DNA of 64,000 nucleotides. Source: an uncultured Syntrophaceae bacterium. GTDB lineage: Bacteria > Desulfobacterota > Syntrophia > Syntrophales > UBA2185. Below, piece by piece: positions 29,174-39,858 of the stretch; positions within the stretch are counted from its first letter, which is position 1, and each line of letters starts with the position of its first letter. Where the stretch lies: the NCBI GenBank assembly GCA_964564625.1, contig CAZMBE010000012.1, positions 6,011 to 70,010 on the forward strand, given 5' to 3'. The notes below the pieces were generated by a model. The model was not told the DNA's origin. It did no database searches and worked only from the letters and a program-made list of their open reading frames with translations. Position numbers and translations under genes: made by a program.

Positions 29174-31306
29174 TCAGTTGCTATGCTTACTGATCTTCTT
29201 CTGTTCACGGATAAATTTATATCGCGATATGCTCAATTGTTTCGCTGCCACAGTTTTATTGCCGCCACTCATTTCAAGAGCATTTTCGAGTATTTTCTCT
29301 TTGATATCGTTCATGATTTTTTCCGTTACGGATGTGTAATGTATTTCACCGGAAAATAATGGAGGGAGAAATTTTTCAATTTCAACGTTAAGATACTTCT
29401 GCGTGGGAATCACTTTTATTTCCGCAGGAAGATCATCAGGTGTAATCGTTGTACCGATTCGCTGTAATATCATTACCCGTTCAATAATATTTTTTAACTC
29501 ACGAACATTGCCTGGCCAAGAATAGTTTTTCAGAATATTTTCGGCTTCTTTACTGAAGCCTCTCACTTTTTTTCCGAATTTCTTATTAAACTCTTCTATA
29601 TAATGTCGTGATAGAAGAAGGATGTCGTCAGATCTATCCCGAAGTGGCGGTATCACAATAGGAACAACCCTTATCCTGTAAAAAAGATCTTCCCGAAAGG
29701 AACCTTCACTTACCATTTTAGCTAGATCCATATTTGTAGAGAAAATGAATCTCACATCTATAGGTATATTTTCTGTACCTCCTAGTCGTCTGACATAACC
29801 ATTTTCCAGCATTCTGAGGAATTTTACTTGCAACTGGATACTCATATCACCCACTTCATCTAACAGCAATGTTCCACCATTAGCATATTCCAGAAGCCCT
29901 ATTTTTCTTTTTCTTGCGTCCGTAAATGCTCCTGCTTCATAGCCGAAAAGTTCACTTTCTAAAAGCGTTCCGGGAATAGCAGCACAATTTACATCGACAA
30001 AAGGTTTTGAATGCCGGTTGCTCTGTCTATGAATTGCGCGCGCAATCAATTCTTTACCAGTACCGCTTTCACCCTGAATTAATATATTTGTATTATGTGA
30101 GGCTACTTCTTCTACCACATGGAATATGCCAATCATCTTTTTCGACTTGCCGATAATATTATGAAATCCTAATAAAATATCTTCCCGCTCCTTGAGTTTT
30201 TCAACTTCCGTTTTGAGAGATTCCGCTTCGAGGGATAGCATGGAATGCATAATCGCATTATCATATGATGTAACTGCATTTTTAACTAATATGTCGAGAA
30301 TATTTATTTGATCCTGTGAGTAGCCGTCTGACAGCTTGGCGAGATATAATGCACCTTTAAACTTGTTTTTTATATGAAGGGGGAAGGCTATCTCTGAGGA
30401 ACATCCTTCATAAATGGGATAGATTGCAGCGCTGTCATCAGAATTACGACGCACCACAATACTCCCTGTATCCATTGTTCGTTTAATGATACTTTGCCCT
30501 ATTTTTTTATCATACGCTTTTCTATCTTCGATGAACACCTTTCCACCATCGGTAACGAGACAGCGATCCTTTTCTATGTCAAGAAAATATACAAGTACCT
30601 TATCAGCGTTTGCAATCCTCAGGGCACTATTACTCAGAACATAGAGTATGTGATTATCAAGGACGCGGCTTATGTTTATCTCAGAAACAGCCTCCTGAAG
30701 AATCATGAGCTGACGTATCTTTTCCGCATTCGTTTCAAAAAGCCTCGTATTGTGAATAACGATGCTCATCTGACTCGCAAATGTCAGGAAGATGTTAATC
30801 TCTTCGGTGAAATATTTTATCTCCTCTTTGCACCACGCAGCAATAGTGCCAATCACTTCATCACCGATTTTCAGGGGCGCGCACATAATAGATCCCCTAT
30901 TATAGACCTTTGTGAGCATACGATCGGTTTCGGTGATCCTGGGATCAGTATTCATATTTTCAATGGCTATGGGTAGACCTGATTTAGCCACTTTTGTAGA
31001 CAGACAATCATGTTCTCTAATATTAAGCGCAACGGAAAAGGCTATTTTTGTCTCTTCTGGATTATAATTTTTCACAACTTTTGTTTCCAGATATTGTTTC
31101 GTTTCATCAACCAGACGAATGATCCCCATGTCGAAACCCATTGTATCGACGACTTCGTCTAATATTTTGGCCATGAGTTCATCCACATTGGACGGTGCCG
31201 TGAGGAAGGTGCTTATACGAAATATACTTTTCAGTAGTTTTTCTTTATCAAGCAAAGGAGCTGCTGATACTTTTAAGTAATCATTCTCATTATCTATTGT
31301 TACCAT
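29174..31306 (-). CDS. sigma54-dependent Fis-family enhancer-binding protein with N-terminal GAF domains
   Basis: GAF-like SIMCAPLKIGDEVIGTI and AFPLHIKNKFKGALYL; GESGTGKE, ESELFGYEAGAFTDA, LLLDEVGDM, WPGNVRELKN, C-terminal HTH GNKTVAAKQLSISR. Confidence 0.94.
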   Translation of the reverse strand: MVTIDNENDYLKVSAAPLLDKEKLLKSIFRISTFLTAPSNVDELMAKILDEVVDTMGFDMGIIRLVDETKQYLETKVVKNYNPEETKIAFSVALNIREHDCLSTKVAKSGLPIAIENMNTDPRITETDRMLTKVYNRGSIMCAPLKIGDEVIGTIAAWCKEEIKYFTEEINIFLTFASQMSIVIHNTRLFETNAEKIRQLMILQEAVSEINISRVLDNHILYVLSNSALRIANADKVLVYFLDIEKDRCLVTDGGKVFIEDRKAYDKKIGQSIIKRTMDTGSIVVRRNSDDSAAIYPIYEGCSSEIAFPLHIKNKFKGALYLAKLSDGYSQDQINILDILVKNAVTSYDNAIMHSMLSLEAESLKTEVEKLKEREDILLGFHNIIGKSKKMIGIFHVVEEVASHNTNILIQGESGTGKELIARAIHRQSNRHSKPFVDVNCAAIPGTLLESELFGYEAGAFTDARKRKIGLLEYANGGTLLLDEVGDMSIQLQVKFLRMLENGYVRRLGGTENIPIDVRFIFSTNMDLAKMVSEGSFREDLFYRIRVVPIVIPPLRDRSDDILLLSRHYIEEFNKKFGKKVRGFSKEAENILKNYSWPGNVRELKNIIERVMILQRIGTTITPDDLPAEIKVIPTQKYLNVEIEKFLPPLFSGEIHYTSVTEKIMNDIKEKILENALEMSGGNKTVAAKQLSISRYKFIREQKKISKHSN

Positions 31307-31405
31307 TGAATCTAGTCCTTCTCTAAATTAAACTTCATGCACTATAATGCTGTGAGACGTCGTATGTCTGATGGTGTATTCATCGCGATCTGCCGCATAC
31401 ACACA

Positions 31406-33439
31406 TCAACTCTTATCATACGCATGAAACTGCATGGAAAATATGGCTCTACCCTGAGTTGCAGAACGAAGGTCGGTTGAATATCCAAACATTTCCTTCA
31501 GAGGAACCCTGGCCTTTATTTCGCTTATTGTTCCTTTCGTTGTGATGGCTTGAATTTCTCCCCGTCGTGCATTTATATCTCCAATGACTTCACCCATAAA
31601 TTCACCTGGCGTGATAATATCTACCATCATGATCGGTTCAAGCAATACAGGATCAGCCTGCATACATCCATTTTTTACCGCAGATGAAGCAGCTATTTTA
31701 TACCCAAGTGTTGTAGATTCCCCGTCCCTAAACGATCCTCCTGTTATTGTCACCTTTATATCCACAATGGGGTAGCCGCTTATAACCCCGCTCAGAGATG
31801 CTTCTTCCACGCCCTCTTCTATCGCGGTATGGTATTCTGCCGGAATTACTGTTTCATCAATTTTTCTCACAAGCTCATTGCCCTCACCCCTGCTCTTAGG
31901 TTCAAGCAATAATCTCACATGGCCGTAATGTTTTCTTTCGCCAAGTTCCTTGTCAAAAAGTCCTTCGATCTCTATTCTTTTTTGAATAGTTTCCCGATAT
32001 ACAACCCTGGGTTTACCTACATTGACGCGCGCATTAAACTCTCGCTGTAATCTGTCAATGAGGATTTCCAGATGAAGTTCCCCCATACCTGAAACAACAG
32101 TTTGGGAAGTCTCATCATTGTACTTTACTTTGATTGTAGGATCCTCTTCCATAAGTTTTGCCAATGCCACTGTCAGCTTTTCCTGATCTGCCGGAGTTTT
32201 GGCCTCGATAGCCTGACTTATCACCGGTTCATAGAACTCTATTGGTTCAAGAAGGATCGGACAAGATTCATCACATATTGTATTTCCAGTGGTTGTATCT
32301 TTGAGGCCCATAATGGCGACAATCCCGCCTGCCCCGCACCGCTCAATCCTCTCCCGTTTATTCGCATGCATTTTTAACAGACGGGCGATTTTCTCTTTCT
32401 TCCCGATGCTGGCATTATATACATCATCGCCTGCCTTGATCTGTCCCGAATACACTCTCAGATACGTCAACTTCCTTCCTTCATCTTGCATGATTTTGAA
32501 TGCGAGAGCGGCTAGGGGTTCATCGTCGCTGCTAAGTCGTATTTCTTCTTCTCTGGTCAAGGGATTGATACCGTTAACAGGGGGGATGTCTTCCGGTGAT
32601 GGTAAAAAATGGACAATCGCATCGAGTAATATTTGAATGCCCTTGTTTCTCAAAGCAGTACCGCACATGACTGGCACGGCTTTCAGAGAGATTGTTGCGT
32701 CCCTGATCGCCTGGATTATTTCTTTCTCCTGAATCTCGGTCCCCTCCAAATACTTCTCTGCAATATAATCATCCATCTCGGCGAGCGATTCTATAAGCTT
32801 CTCCCGGTACTCCCTGACCTCTTGAGCGATATCTGCCGGAATATCCGTAACTGTGAAAGACACGCCAAGTTTGCTGTCATCCCAGGTCACTGCTTTCTGT
32901 TTGATTAAGTCTATTATTCCTTTAAAATGTTCCTCCTGTCCAAAGGGTATTTGAATAGGTAGAGGCCTTGAATTAAACCTCTCACTCATTGTTTTTATGG
33001 TTCCAAAATAATCGGCGCCTATCCTGTCCATCTTATTGATGAAAGCAATCTTGGGAACCCCATATTTATCTGCCTGATGCCAGACCGTTTCTGATTGGGG
33101 TTCTACACCGCCGACGGCACAAAACACCACCAAGGCCCCATCAAGAACTCTCAGAGAGCGCTCAACTTCCATGGTAAAATCAACATGGCCAGGTGTGTCA
33201 ATGATCTGGATCTCATGATTAGCCCACGTACAGGCTGTCACGGCAGATGTTATTGTAATCCCTCTCTCCTGTTCCTGGGGCATCCAATCCATCGTGGCTT
33301 CACCATTATGAACCTCACCCATCTTATACAATCTCCCCGCATAAAACAGGATCCTCTCCGTCACAGTAGTTTTACCGGCATCAATATGGGCAATGATCCC
33401 TATATTTCTTGTTCTGGAAAGTTTTTTTCTTGAAGCCAT
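31406..33439 (-). CDS. fusA: Elongation factor G paralog (outside str operon)
   Basis: [61 protein letters not shown]. Confidence 0.93.
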   Translation of the reverse strand: MASRKKLSRTRNIGIIAHIDAGKTTVTERILFYAGRLYKMGEVHNGEATMDWMPQEQERGITITSAVTACTWANHEIQIIDTPGHVDFTMEVERSLRVLDGALVVFCAVGGVEPQSETVWHQADKYGVPKIAFINKMDRIGADYFGTIKTMSERFNSRPLPIQIPFGQEEHFKGIIDLIKQKAVTWDDSKLGVSFTVTDIPADIAQEVREYREKLIESLAEMDDYIAEKYLEGTEIQEKEIIQAIRDATISLKAVPVMCGTALRNKGIQILLDAIVHFLPSPEDIPPVNGINPLTREEEIRLSSDDEPLAALAFKIMQDEGRKLTYLRVYSGQIKAGDDVYNASIGKKEKIARLLKMHANKRERIERCGAGGIVAIMGLKDTTTGNTICDESCPILLEPIEFYEPVISQAIEAKTPADQEKLTVALAKLMEEDPTIKVKYNDETSQTVVSGMGELHLEILIDRLQREFNARVNVGKPRVVYRETIQKRIEIEGLFDKELGERKHYGHVRLLLEPKSRGEGNELVRKIDETVIPAEYHTAIEEGVEEASLSGVISGYPIVDIKVTITGGSFRDGESTTLGYKIAASSAVKNGCMQADPVLLEPIMMVDIITPGEFMGEVIGDINARRGEIQAITTKGTISEIKARVPLKEMFGYSTDLRSATQGRAIFSMQFHAYDKS

Positions 33440-33481
33440 AACTTTATATTCAGCGAGATAAACGTCTTGATATCTAAGTTA

Positions 33482-34099
33482 TCATCCCTCTCTTGAACCA
33501 GGTGCCAACATTTCTTTATTCATACTAAACGGATGCCTCGTATCAATATGCCCTTTAATGGATTCCACTTCTTTTCCATCCACCAGTAATTTTACTTTTT
33601 TTATCCCGTTGATATTGCGTATGAGCGTATTGGTAAGCGAATATATCGTTGTCATTTCGCTGGCGCTGCTTCCCGGATGATATTGCGTTAGATTATTATC
33701 GAAACTGACATACGCTGTTTTCTTGTCATCTATTTTGATGCTTTCCAGGGAAACCTTTTCCGGAAAAGTATTCACCAGTTTCGTCTTTGAACCATCGAGT
33801 AATGCTTTTACGATTTCCCCCGCCTGACCTTCCACACTTTCTTCTTTGGGGACATACCTCTTTTCCGCTACTAAAAACCGTTCATTCATATCGGAAAAAT
33901 AGAGAACCACCTCCTGCTTCTCTCTTTTTGCAACGCTGCCTTTAGTTGGCGGAAATACATATTCAAAGAGTACGACAAAGAAAATGATCAAGAATGCGAC
34001 TATGGAAACAACTATCAAAAAAAGAACAGATTTCCTCATGCGTTTTTTCTTCTTCTTTACCTTTATCTCGTCGGTTCTTATCTTTCTCTTTGTAACCAT
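33482..34099 (-). CDS. GerMN domain protein
   Basis: N-terminal basic stretch + TM; VLYFSD..LVAEKR, IYSLTNTL, VKLLVDG..SIKGHID. Confidence 0.85.
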   Translation of the reverse strand: MVTKRKIRTDEIKVKKKKKRMRKSVLFLIVVSIVAFLIIFFVVLFEYVFPPTKGSVAKREKQEVVLYFSDMNERFLVAEKRYVPKEESVEGQAGEIVKALLDGSKTKLVNTFPEKVSLESIKIDDKKTAYVSFDNNLTQYHPGSSASEMTTIYSLTNTLIRNINGIKKVKLLVDGKEVESIKGHIDTRHPFSMNKEMLAPGSREG

Positions 34100-34512
34100 T
34101 GTCCGTTTTTCTCCTTAATTGATATCCGAGTGACAAAAGCCGCTCCCCCCTGACTCCTTACATAGAAAATTTAGCTCAAGCGATTGTTGGTTATGCAGTA
34201 ATACTCATCTTTGTCCTGTAAGATTCCCCAAAAGATCCCTTGCTCAGGGATTTAAAAGGAAATGTCACTTTTACGCCCTTATGAAAACCGACTCGCGATG
34301 CTTCTCTTCTCAAACAAGGCGTGTTCTTCCAGTCTTCATAAAAACGGCGATAATGTAGGGTATTTTCACAACAGTGTCAAGTGCGATGAAGTCATCAAAA
34401 GGCGATAATTCGGTCGAATATGAGAGGCGTCGCACTCAAGGAAGGATACTGTCATAATACAACACTAGCAGCAATGAGACCTTCATACAATGGGTCAGGC
34501 TCTCGTCAGTTG

Positions 34513-35097
34513 CTATACATTATTATTGCTGCCGCCATTAATCCACCAGTCGCTTTTACCTTTGAACCACCATTGTGACGAATCTGTGTTGATAATGCTG
34601 ACCGCAAGTTTTTTCGCTGTCTCGGTACAGAGTCGTTTGCTGGCAAATTCAATCCAGTCTTTAGTATATTTATTCCCCAGATCCCCGTATTCCTTTAACT
34701 GAAGAATAAGAGATAGCTGGTCGGCGTCATGGGCAATAAGAGCCTCTTTTGTTTTTTTTTCATTAAATTCATGAATGGCAGCTTTAATTTCCTCGCCAAA
34801 GAAAAGGGTCTCCGTCAGCTCTCTTATCGCTTTCTCTTCATTTACGGTAACATATTTCTTATACATATAGTTCATATCCCCGGTCCTGGCTTCGGGGAGA
34901 TCATGGACAAGACATATTTTCAGTACTTTTAGTTCATCAACTTCTGTTTCAAGCTTGCTTAACGCAAATCCTATGAATATCGTTCTCAACACATGTTCTG
35001 CCACTGATTCGCAACCGGAACCTAAAAAACGAAAACCCGTTCTCGGGGTTTTCTTCAACATACCAACCTCAAATAAAAAATTAGCTATGTCTCTCAT
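34513..35097 (-). CDS. HD-domain phosphohydrolase (YfbR-like)
   Basis: LKKTPRTG, ESVAEHVLR, LVHDLPEARTGD, AHDADQL. Confidence 0.88.
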   Translation of the reverse strand: MRDIANFLFEVGMLKKTPRTGFRFLGSGCESVAEHVLRTIFIGFALSKLETEVDELKVLKICLVHDLPEARTGDMNYMYKKYVTVNEEKAIRELTETLFFGEEIKAAIHEFNEKKTKEALIAHDADQLSLILQLKEYGDLGNKYTKDWIEFASKRLCTETAKKLAVSIINTDSSQWWFKGKSDWWINGGSNNNV

Positions 35098-35098
35098 T

Positions 35099-35320
35099 TT
35101 ACCCCTTTTTTAATATTTTAATCCTGTTTTCCATCATATCTGAGATCTTCCTTATTTGCAACTGAAGCGAGGCAATCCCTTCAGGCTTCATTGATAATAC
35201 TTTATCAAGATGTGACTTCCAGTATTCCAATAGAGATATTTCGTTCTCTTTCACCTTTTTATCAAATTTTGTCTGGATCTCTTTTATAAGTGCTTTATGG
35301 TTTTCCATGCCAATTATCAT
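35099..35320 (-). CDS. Hypothetical 73-aa helical protein
   Basis: Ends 1 nt before the HD gene start; RBS GAGGTGG upstream; amphipathic/coiled-coil composition. Confidence 0.6.
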   Translation of the reverse strand: MIIGMENHKALIKEIQTKFDKKVKENEISLLEYWKSHLDKVLSMKPEGIASLQLQIRKISDMMENRIKILKKG

Positions 35321-35550
35321 CCACCTCTATTAGTTAGCTCACATTGCGCTTCATTATATCACGTATCATAGTTGTTGCAACCGGTGATATTTTAAAACAT
35401 AGATTGAATCAGAGATTTAAAAATGATAAGCAACTACATCCGCGTAATGCTATTGATACATTTTACTTTGCACCACAATCCAATTATGCTAATCATCTAA
35501 ATGTTCTGTTTTTTATATCTACACTGTGGCCCATAAGATGAGGTATTACT

Positions 35551-37188
35551 ATGAACTATCTCCGATCATCAGCTTTTTTTCTCATTCTTATATCATGTAT
35601 CTTTCTATCTGACAGCTTCAACGTCGTTCTTGCGAAAGACGAAACGGCTCATCTCGAATTTCGAAAATCAGCTACATCCCTTTCAAAAAAGCGTCCCTAT
35701 GTTGTCAAAAAAGGTGAGTGGCTCTTTGATATATTACGAACACAGGCTGGCATTACATCAGGTCGATATACCTTAATAAAGGCTCTTAATCCCCAAATAC
35801 AAGATATAGATAAAATTGAACCAGGCGATGTAATATATCTCCCCGACATAGATCCTCGCGGCGATGGGTCAGCGAATTATATTATCAGGAAAGGTGATTC
35901 CATAACCAGAATTGCTATCCGTCATTTACATGTTAACTCTTCAGAATTGCACAAGACCATAAATCTTATTAAACGACTGAATCCCTATATTAAAAACTAT
36001 GACCTGATTTATCCCGGACATGCCTTGCGGCTGCCACGAAAAGGGATTTTCCTTGGCAAACAGGAAGCTGGGGTTTCAGAGCCTGAGACATTGTTTCAAA
36101 TCAAAGATGATCCCAAAGAAACGCAGGCTATATTGCCGGCACTACATCTCGCAATCGTTGGACATGTGATCAACCGTATGAACGGAACCTTTTTAACAGC
36201 AGGCAAATATTATATACCTCTTCCTCAAGCAAGACAGGTAACTATTGACTGCTCTACAATTCCGGTTGCTGAACTTGACGATGGAAGCGTGATTTTCCTG
36301 GATTTTGCTGATCGAATACCGGATGCTCTCAATACCATTATCAAAGCGAACTGGAAAAATTACACATTTCTGAAAGTCAATAGACTTGAGAGCACGGCAG
36401 CCATTCTTATGAAAATAATCGACACATCAAATGCCTATGCAATGACAAAAAGCACGAATCCACTCATAGTGGGAGAATTCCCACGGACAACCATTGCCGT
36501 CGATTGGCTAATCACGAAGAAGAACCCCTCTGACAAATCGTATTCACAGGGGCTGTCCTTTATCAGGGATATATCACATCTCTTGCCCAGAAATTTGATT
36601 GTGTACGCGGAAAAACACGGTTTGATCGTTACAGAAATCCTGGATGGCCAAGGTGTTATAAGTGCCCCGTTTGAACAATATGCAATGCCACAGTTATCTA
36701 CCCTACCCTCTGGCACAAACATTGAACTTGCCGATGCGCTTTTTATTTTGCTTGGTTACTCAACAGCGAAAGATTCTGAGATTGTTGCAGGTGAAAAAGG
36801 CAAAGAAAATTTTAACCTGTCCATGAAAACTGACCTGCTTGCAACAAAAGGGAATAAAATTGTCGCAGTATTTCACCCACGGAAGATATCCCAGCAAAAC
36901 ATAGACAATCTGAAAAACAGTGGAACGGAGGTCGTCTTATTTGAGGATGGAGACCCTCTCAAATCCGTTATTGGGAAAATTCTACAGGCTGCACATATTC
37001 CTTTCTCGCATGAAAACTTTTTGTTTTCATTTCCTGAAAAGACCTCTTACCCAAAGGGTACCATCAGTTTCCCCGCCTTTAAAATAGCACAGGACAAAGG
37101 ATATATCTATCTGACTGAATTCGACATTGATCGTGATATCTATGGACTGCTCAATAACAAGTCGGGCGTAACCATAGTCAGGTATTGA
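35551..37188 (+). CDS. Exported LysM peptidoglycan-binding domain protein
   Basis: Signal peptide; two LysM repeats (YVVKKGEWL..IEPGDVIYLP; YIIRKGDSI..IYPGHALRLP); large uncharacterised C-terminus. Confidence 0.8.
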   Translation: MNYLRSSAFFLILISCIFLSDSFNVVLAKDETAHLEFRKSATSLSKKRPYVVKKGEWLFDILRTQAGITSGRYTLIKALNPQIQDIDKIEPGDVIYLPDIDPRGDGSANYIIRKGDSITRIAIRHLHVNSSELHKTINLIKRLNPYIKNYDLIYPGHALRLPRKGIFLGKQEAGVSEPETLFQIKDDPKETQAILPALHLAIVGHVINRMNGTFLTAGKYYIPLPQARQVTIDCSTIPVAELDDGSVIFLDFADRIPDALNTIIKANWKNYTFLKVNRLESTAAILMKIIDTSNAYAMTKSTNPLIVGEFPRTTIAVDWLITKKNPSDKSYSQGLSFIRDISHLLPRNLIVYAEKHGLIVTEILDGQGVISAPFEQYAMPQLSTLPSGTNIELADALFILLGYSTAKDSEIVAGEKGKENFNLSMKTDLLATKGNKIVAVFHPRKISQQNIDNLKNSGTEVVLFEDGDPLKSVIGKILQAAHIPFSHENFLFSFPEKTSYPKGTISFPAFKIAQDKGYIYLTEFDIDRDIYGLLNNKSGVTIVRY

Positions 37189-37310
37189 GGTTCATCCCCT
37201 AAAATGTTGACAGCGCCTTATATGTTCAAGGGATTACGCATGTCAGTGGATGATGCAGACATTTAAATCCGTTACGTCATTTTCACAACAGACTGGGAGC
37301 ATCACTATTA

Positions 37311-38288
37311 TTGAAAGTAAAAGGAATAGCTTTATTTTCCGGAGGTCTGGATAGCATACTTGCAGTAAAGATCATTATGTCGCAAGGTATTGAAGTCATG
37401 GGGCTCACGTACAAAACCCCTTTTTTCGGCGATACAAAGGCCAGGACTGCGGCAAAGAAAATCGGTCTTCCCCTCACACTACAAGACATCACTGAGGAAC
37501 ACCTCGAAATGGTAAAGGCCCCTAGGCATGGTTATGGAAAGAACATGAATCCATGCATAGATTGTCATACGCTCATGTTGAAAATTGCCGGAGGCATGAT
37601 GAAAGATACAGGGGCTGATTTTATATTTACAGGGGAAGTACTTGGCCAGCGTCCCATGTCCCAGACGAAACAGTCCCTCCATGTAGTCGCAAAAAATTCA
37701 GGTTGCCAGGACTATATTATAAGACCTTTAAGCGCAAAGCTCCTCCCTGAAACAAAACCGGAAATTGAAGGAAAAGTGGATCGCCAAAGACTTCTTGCCA
37801 TCCGCGGAAAAGGCAGAAAAGATCAGATTGAGCTTGCACGTTATTATGGTATTACAGATTACGCTGCCCCCGCAGGAGGATGTCTGCTTACCGATCCCAT
37901 GTTTTCAAAAAGGCTTAGGGATCTGTTCACGCATAACAAGGATTTCCGTATCAGAGATGTAGAACTTCTTAAATATGGCAGACAATTTCGCATAGACCCT
38001 TCTTCCAAGATCGTTGTTGGGCGGAATATATTTGAAAACGACGCGCTCCAGAAATTGTCTGAGGGGGGAGACGCGTTACTTCGCGTGGCACATTTTCCCG
38101 GACCGACCGTACTCGTTCCCTATAAACGCGATGATGCAACACTCCTCTATGCCGCCTCTCTCTGCGCTCTCTATAGTGATGCCCCAAAAGACGAGGAAGT
38201 CATTGTTCTTTGCAGGGAAGGAGATACCAGCCATACCATCAGGATAAAAGCGGCAAAGAAAGAAGAGGCTGAGCGATGGATGACATGA
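37311..38288 (+). CDS. PP-loop tRNA thiouridylase-like protein (ThiI/MnmA-like, no THUMP; C-terminal DUF814-like region)
   Basis: LFSGGLDS PP-loop, MNPCIDC, TGEVLGQRPMSQ, RPLSAKLL, PAGGCLLT, GRQFR, VVGRN. Confidence 0.8.
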   Translation: MKVKGIALFSGGLDSILAVKIIMSQGIEVMGLTYKTPFFGDTKARTAAKKIGLPLTLQDITEEHLEMVKAPRHGYGKNMNPCIDCHTLMLKIAGGMMKDTGADFIFTGEVLGQRPMSQTKQSLHVVAKNSGCQDYIIRPLSAKLLPETKPEIEGKVDRQRLLAIRGKGRKDQIELARYYGITDYAAPAGGCLLTDPMFSKRLRDLFTHNKDFRIRDVELLKYGRQFRIDPSSKIVVGRNIFENDALQKLSEGGDALLRVAHFPGPTVLVPYKRDDATLLYAASLCALYSDAPKDEEVIVLCREGDTSHTIRIKAAKKEEAERWMT

Positions 38289-38296
38289 TACTTATG

Positions 38297-39841
38297 TCAC
38301 GGCAGATGCTGCGGCCTTAGCAAATCATAGACCGTCTTTACTGGGTTAAAAGTTTCGATGGGTACTTCCACAAAAATAGTATTCCAGAAAGCCATGGAAC
38401 CATTCCAAAGACCCGGAAGTTCGAGTGCTCTGAGGTCCCTGCCCTTCTCCGATTTCTGTGATATAAAATACGATTTGTTATCCACAAACTCATGCAAATC
38501 AAATTTCTGTGCACGGTAGTCTCTTACCCCACACACAAGATCTACCGGATTGAAATGGGTTGCCGAATTCCATATATCCTTCTGCTCTTTGGAATTTGAG
38601 TCTATCTGTGATTGTTCCAGTATCTGGAGAGATTGTGTACCATCTTCTTCGTCTACCCAAAATGGCCCCCCCCCCGGCTCTCCTTCATTTTTAACCATGC
38701 CGCATACCCGAATAGGTCTGTTCAGCTTTGCAACAACACACCCGCATTTCTCCGGAAGAGATAAATTTTTAAATAACGGCGGGAACACAATGTGAAGCAT
38801 CTTTTCACAAAACAATACTATCTCCGCTATTTCATCTTCACCCGGTTCTTGTTTAGCCAAGAGGCGCAGATACCTGAATATTGTATTCTGAAGGTATATG
38901 AGATAGCCCCCCAGAATCTTTTTATACACTATTGTAACCGGCTTCAATCTGTCAGAAACTATATTGTCAATATTCTTCAGAAATATTATGTCACCGTCAA
39001 TGCTGTTTAAATTCTCAAGAAGTGCCCCATGTCCACCAGGCCTGAATACAAGTCCGCCTTGCTGATCACGAAACGGATGGTTATCCAAATCCACCGCGAT
39101 GGTATTAGTTGAAGATTTCTGAATTGAAAGAGTAGTGCAATATTTCACGTCATAACGCTTTTCATAGATATTGGTAATCCGGGACAGATAATCTTCTACC
39201 TGCTTTTGATGTTCTTCAGAAACGGTATAATGGAGACGACACATAGTGTGTGCATCTTTCACATAGAGAGCTGCTTCAACAAGATGTTCTTCCAGGGCAG
39301 TTCGGTTGCCGTCCGGATATGAATGAAATTTCAGGAGCGCCTTAGGGAGATTCCCGTAATTCAATCCTTTCGAGGTTAATATAAACTCCAATATCTCGAT
39401 TTTTTTCTTTTCTTCTATGAGGCTCTCTATGTCTCCGCCCTTGCCGGAGATCTCATCCCTTAAATCATTAAAAAATGCGAAACTCTTCAAGCACTCGATG
39501 AATACTGCACCGGCTTCATCTGAATAAAAATTGCCTTCCTCAAAACATTTGTACCAGTCTTTAAACATGCGGCTCGCCGCACCGGAAGCAGGCACAAACT
39601 TCAGCATTCTTCCTTTCTGTACCTCCGCTTCGTACAACGCAGTTATTTTTTTTAGATCTCCCTCAGGAATGGTTACAATTCCATCATTGATAGTACAAGG
39701 TCTGTTCAATTTGATCGGGGAAGTACCTTTCTTAAAGCGGTCTATCTGCGCCAACACTTGATCAACGCTCTGCCCCTCTTTTTCGATTTGTTTTATATCA
39801 GCATAGGTAAATGTCATTTTAAACAACCGTGAATCACTCAT
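38297..39841 (-). CDS. DUF4301 family protein
   Basis: KFVPASGAASRMFK, YGNLPKALLKFH, RPGGHGALL, KNIDN, KNEGEPGGGPF, THFNPVD, LPGLWNGSMA, FNPVKT; alternative ATG at 39817. Confidence 0.88.
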   Translation of the reverse strand: MSDSRLFKMTFTYADIKQIEKEGQSVDQVLAQIDRFKKGTSPIKLNRPCTINDGIVTIPEGDLKKITALYEAEVQKGRMLKFVPASGAASRMFKDWYKCFEEGNFYSDEAGAVFIECLKSFAFFNDLRDEISGKGGDIESLIEEKKKIEILEFILTSKGLNYGNLPKALLKFHSYPDGNRTALEEHLVEAALYVKDAHTMCRLHYTVSEEHQKQVEDYLSRITNIYEKRYDVKYCTTLSIQKSSTNTIAVDLDNHPFRDQQGGLVFRPGGHGALLENLNSIDGDIIFLKNIDNIVSDRLKPVTIVYKKILGGYLIYLQNTIFRYLRLLAKQEPGEDEIAEIVLFCEKMLHIVFPPLFKNLSLPEKCGCVVAKLNRPIRVCGMVKNEGEPGGGPFWVDEEDGTQSLQILEQSQIDSNSKEQKDIWNSATHFNPVDLVCGVRDYRAQKFDLHEFVDNKSYFISQKSEKGRDLRALELPGLWNGSMAFWNTIFVEVPIETFNPVKTVYDLLRPQHLP

Positions 39842-39858
39842 ACTACATGTAAGTGTGA

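Noticed and set aside
34100-34500. tmRNA, RNase P, SRP or 6S RNA in the 400-bp gap
   Set aside because: No hallmark motifs found (tRNA-like ends, GAGGAAAGTCC, GGAAG-CAGC); only weak hairpins.
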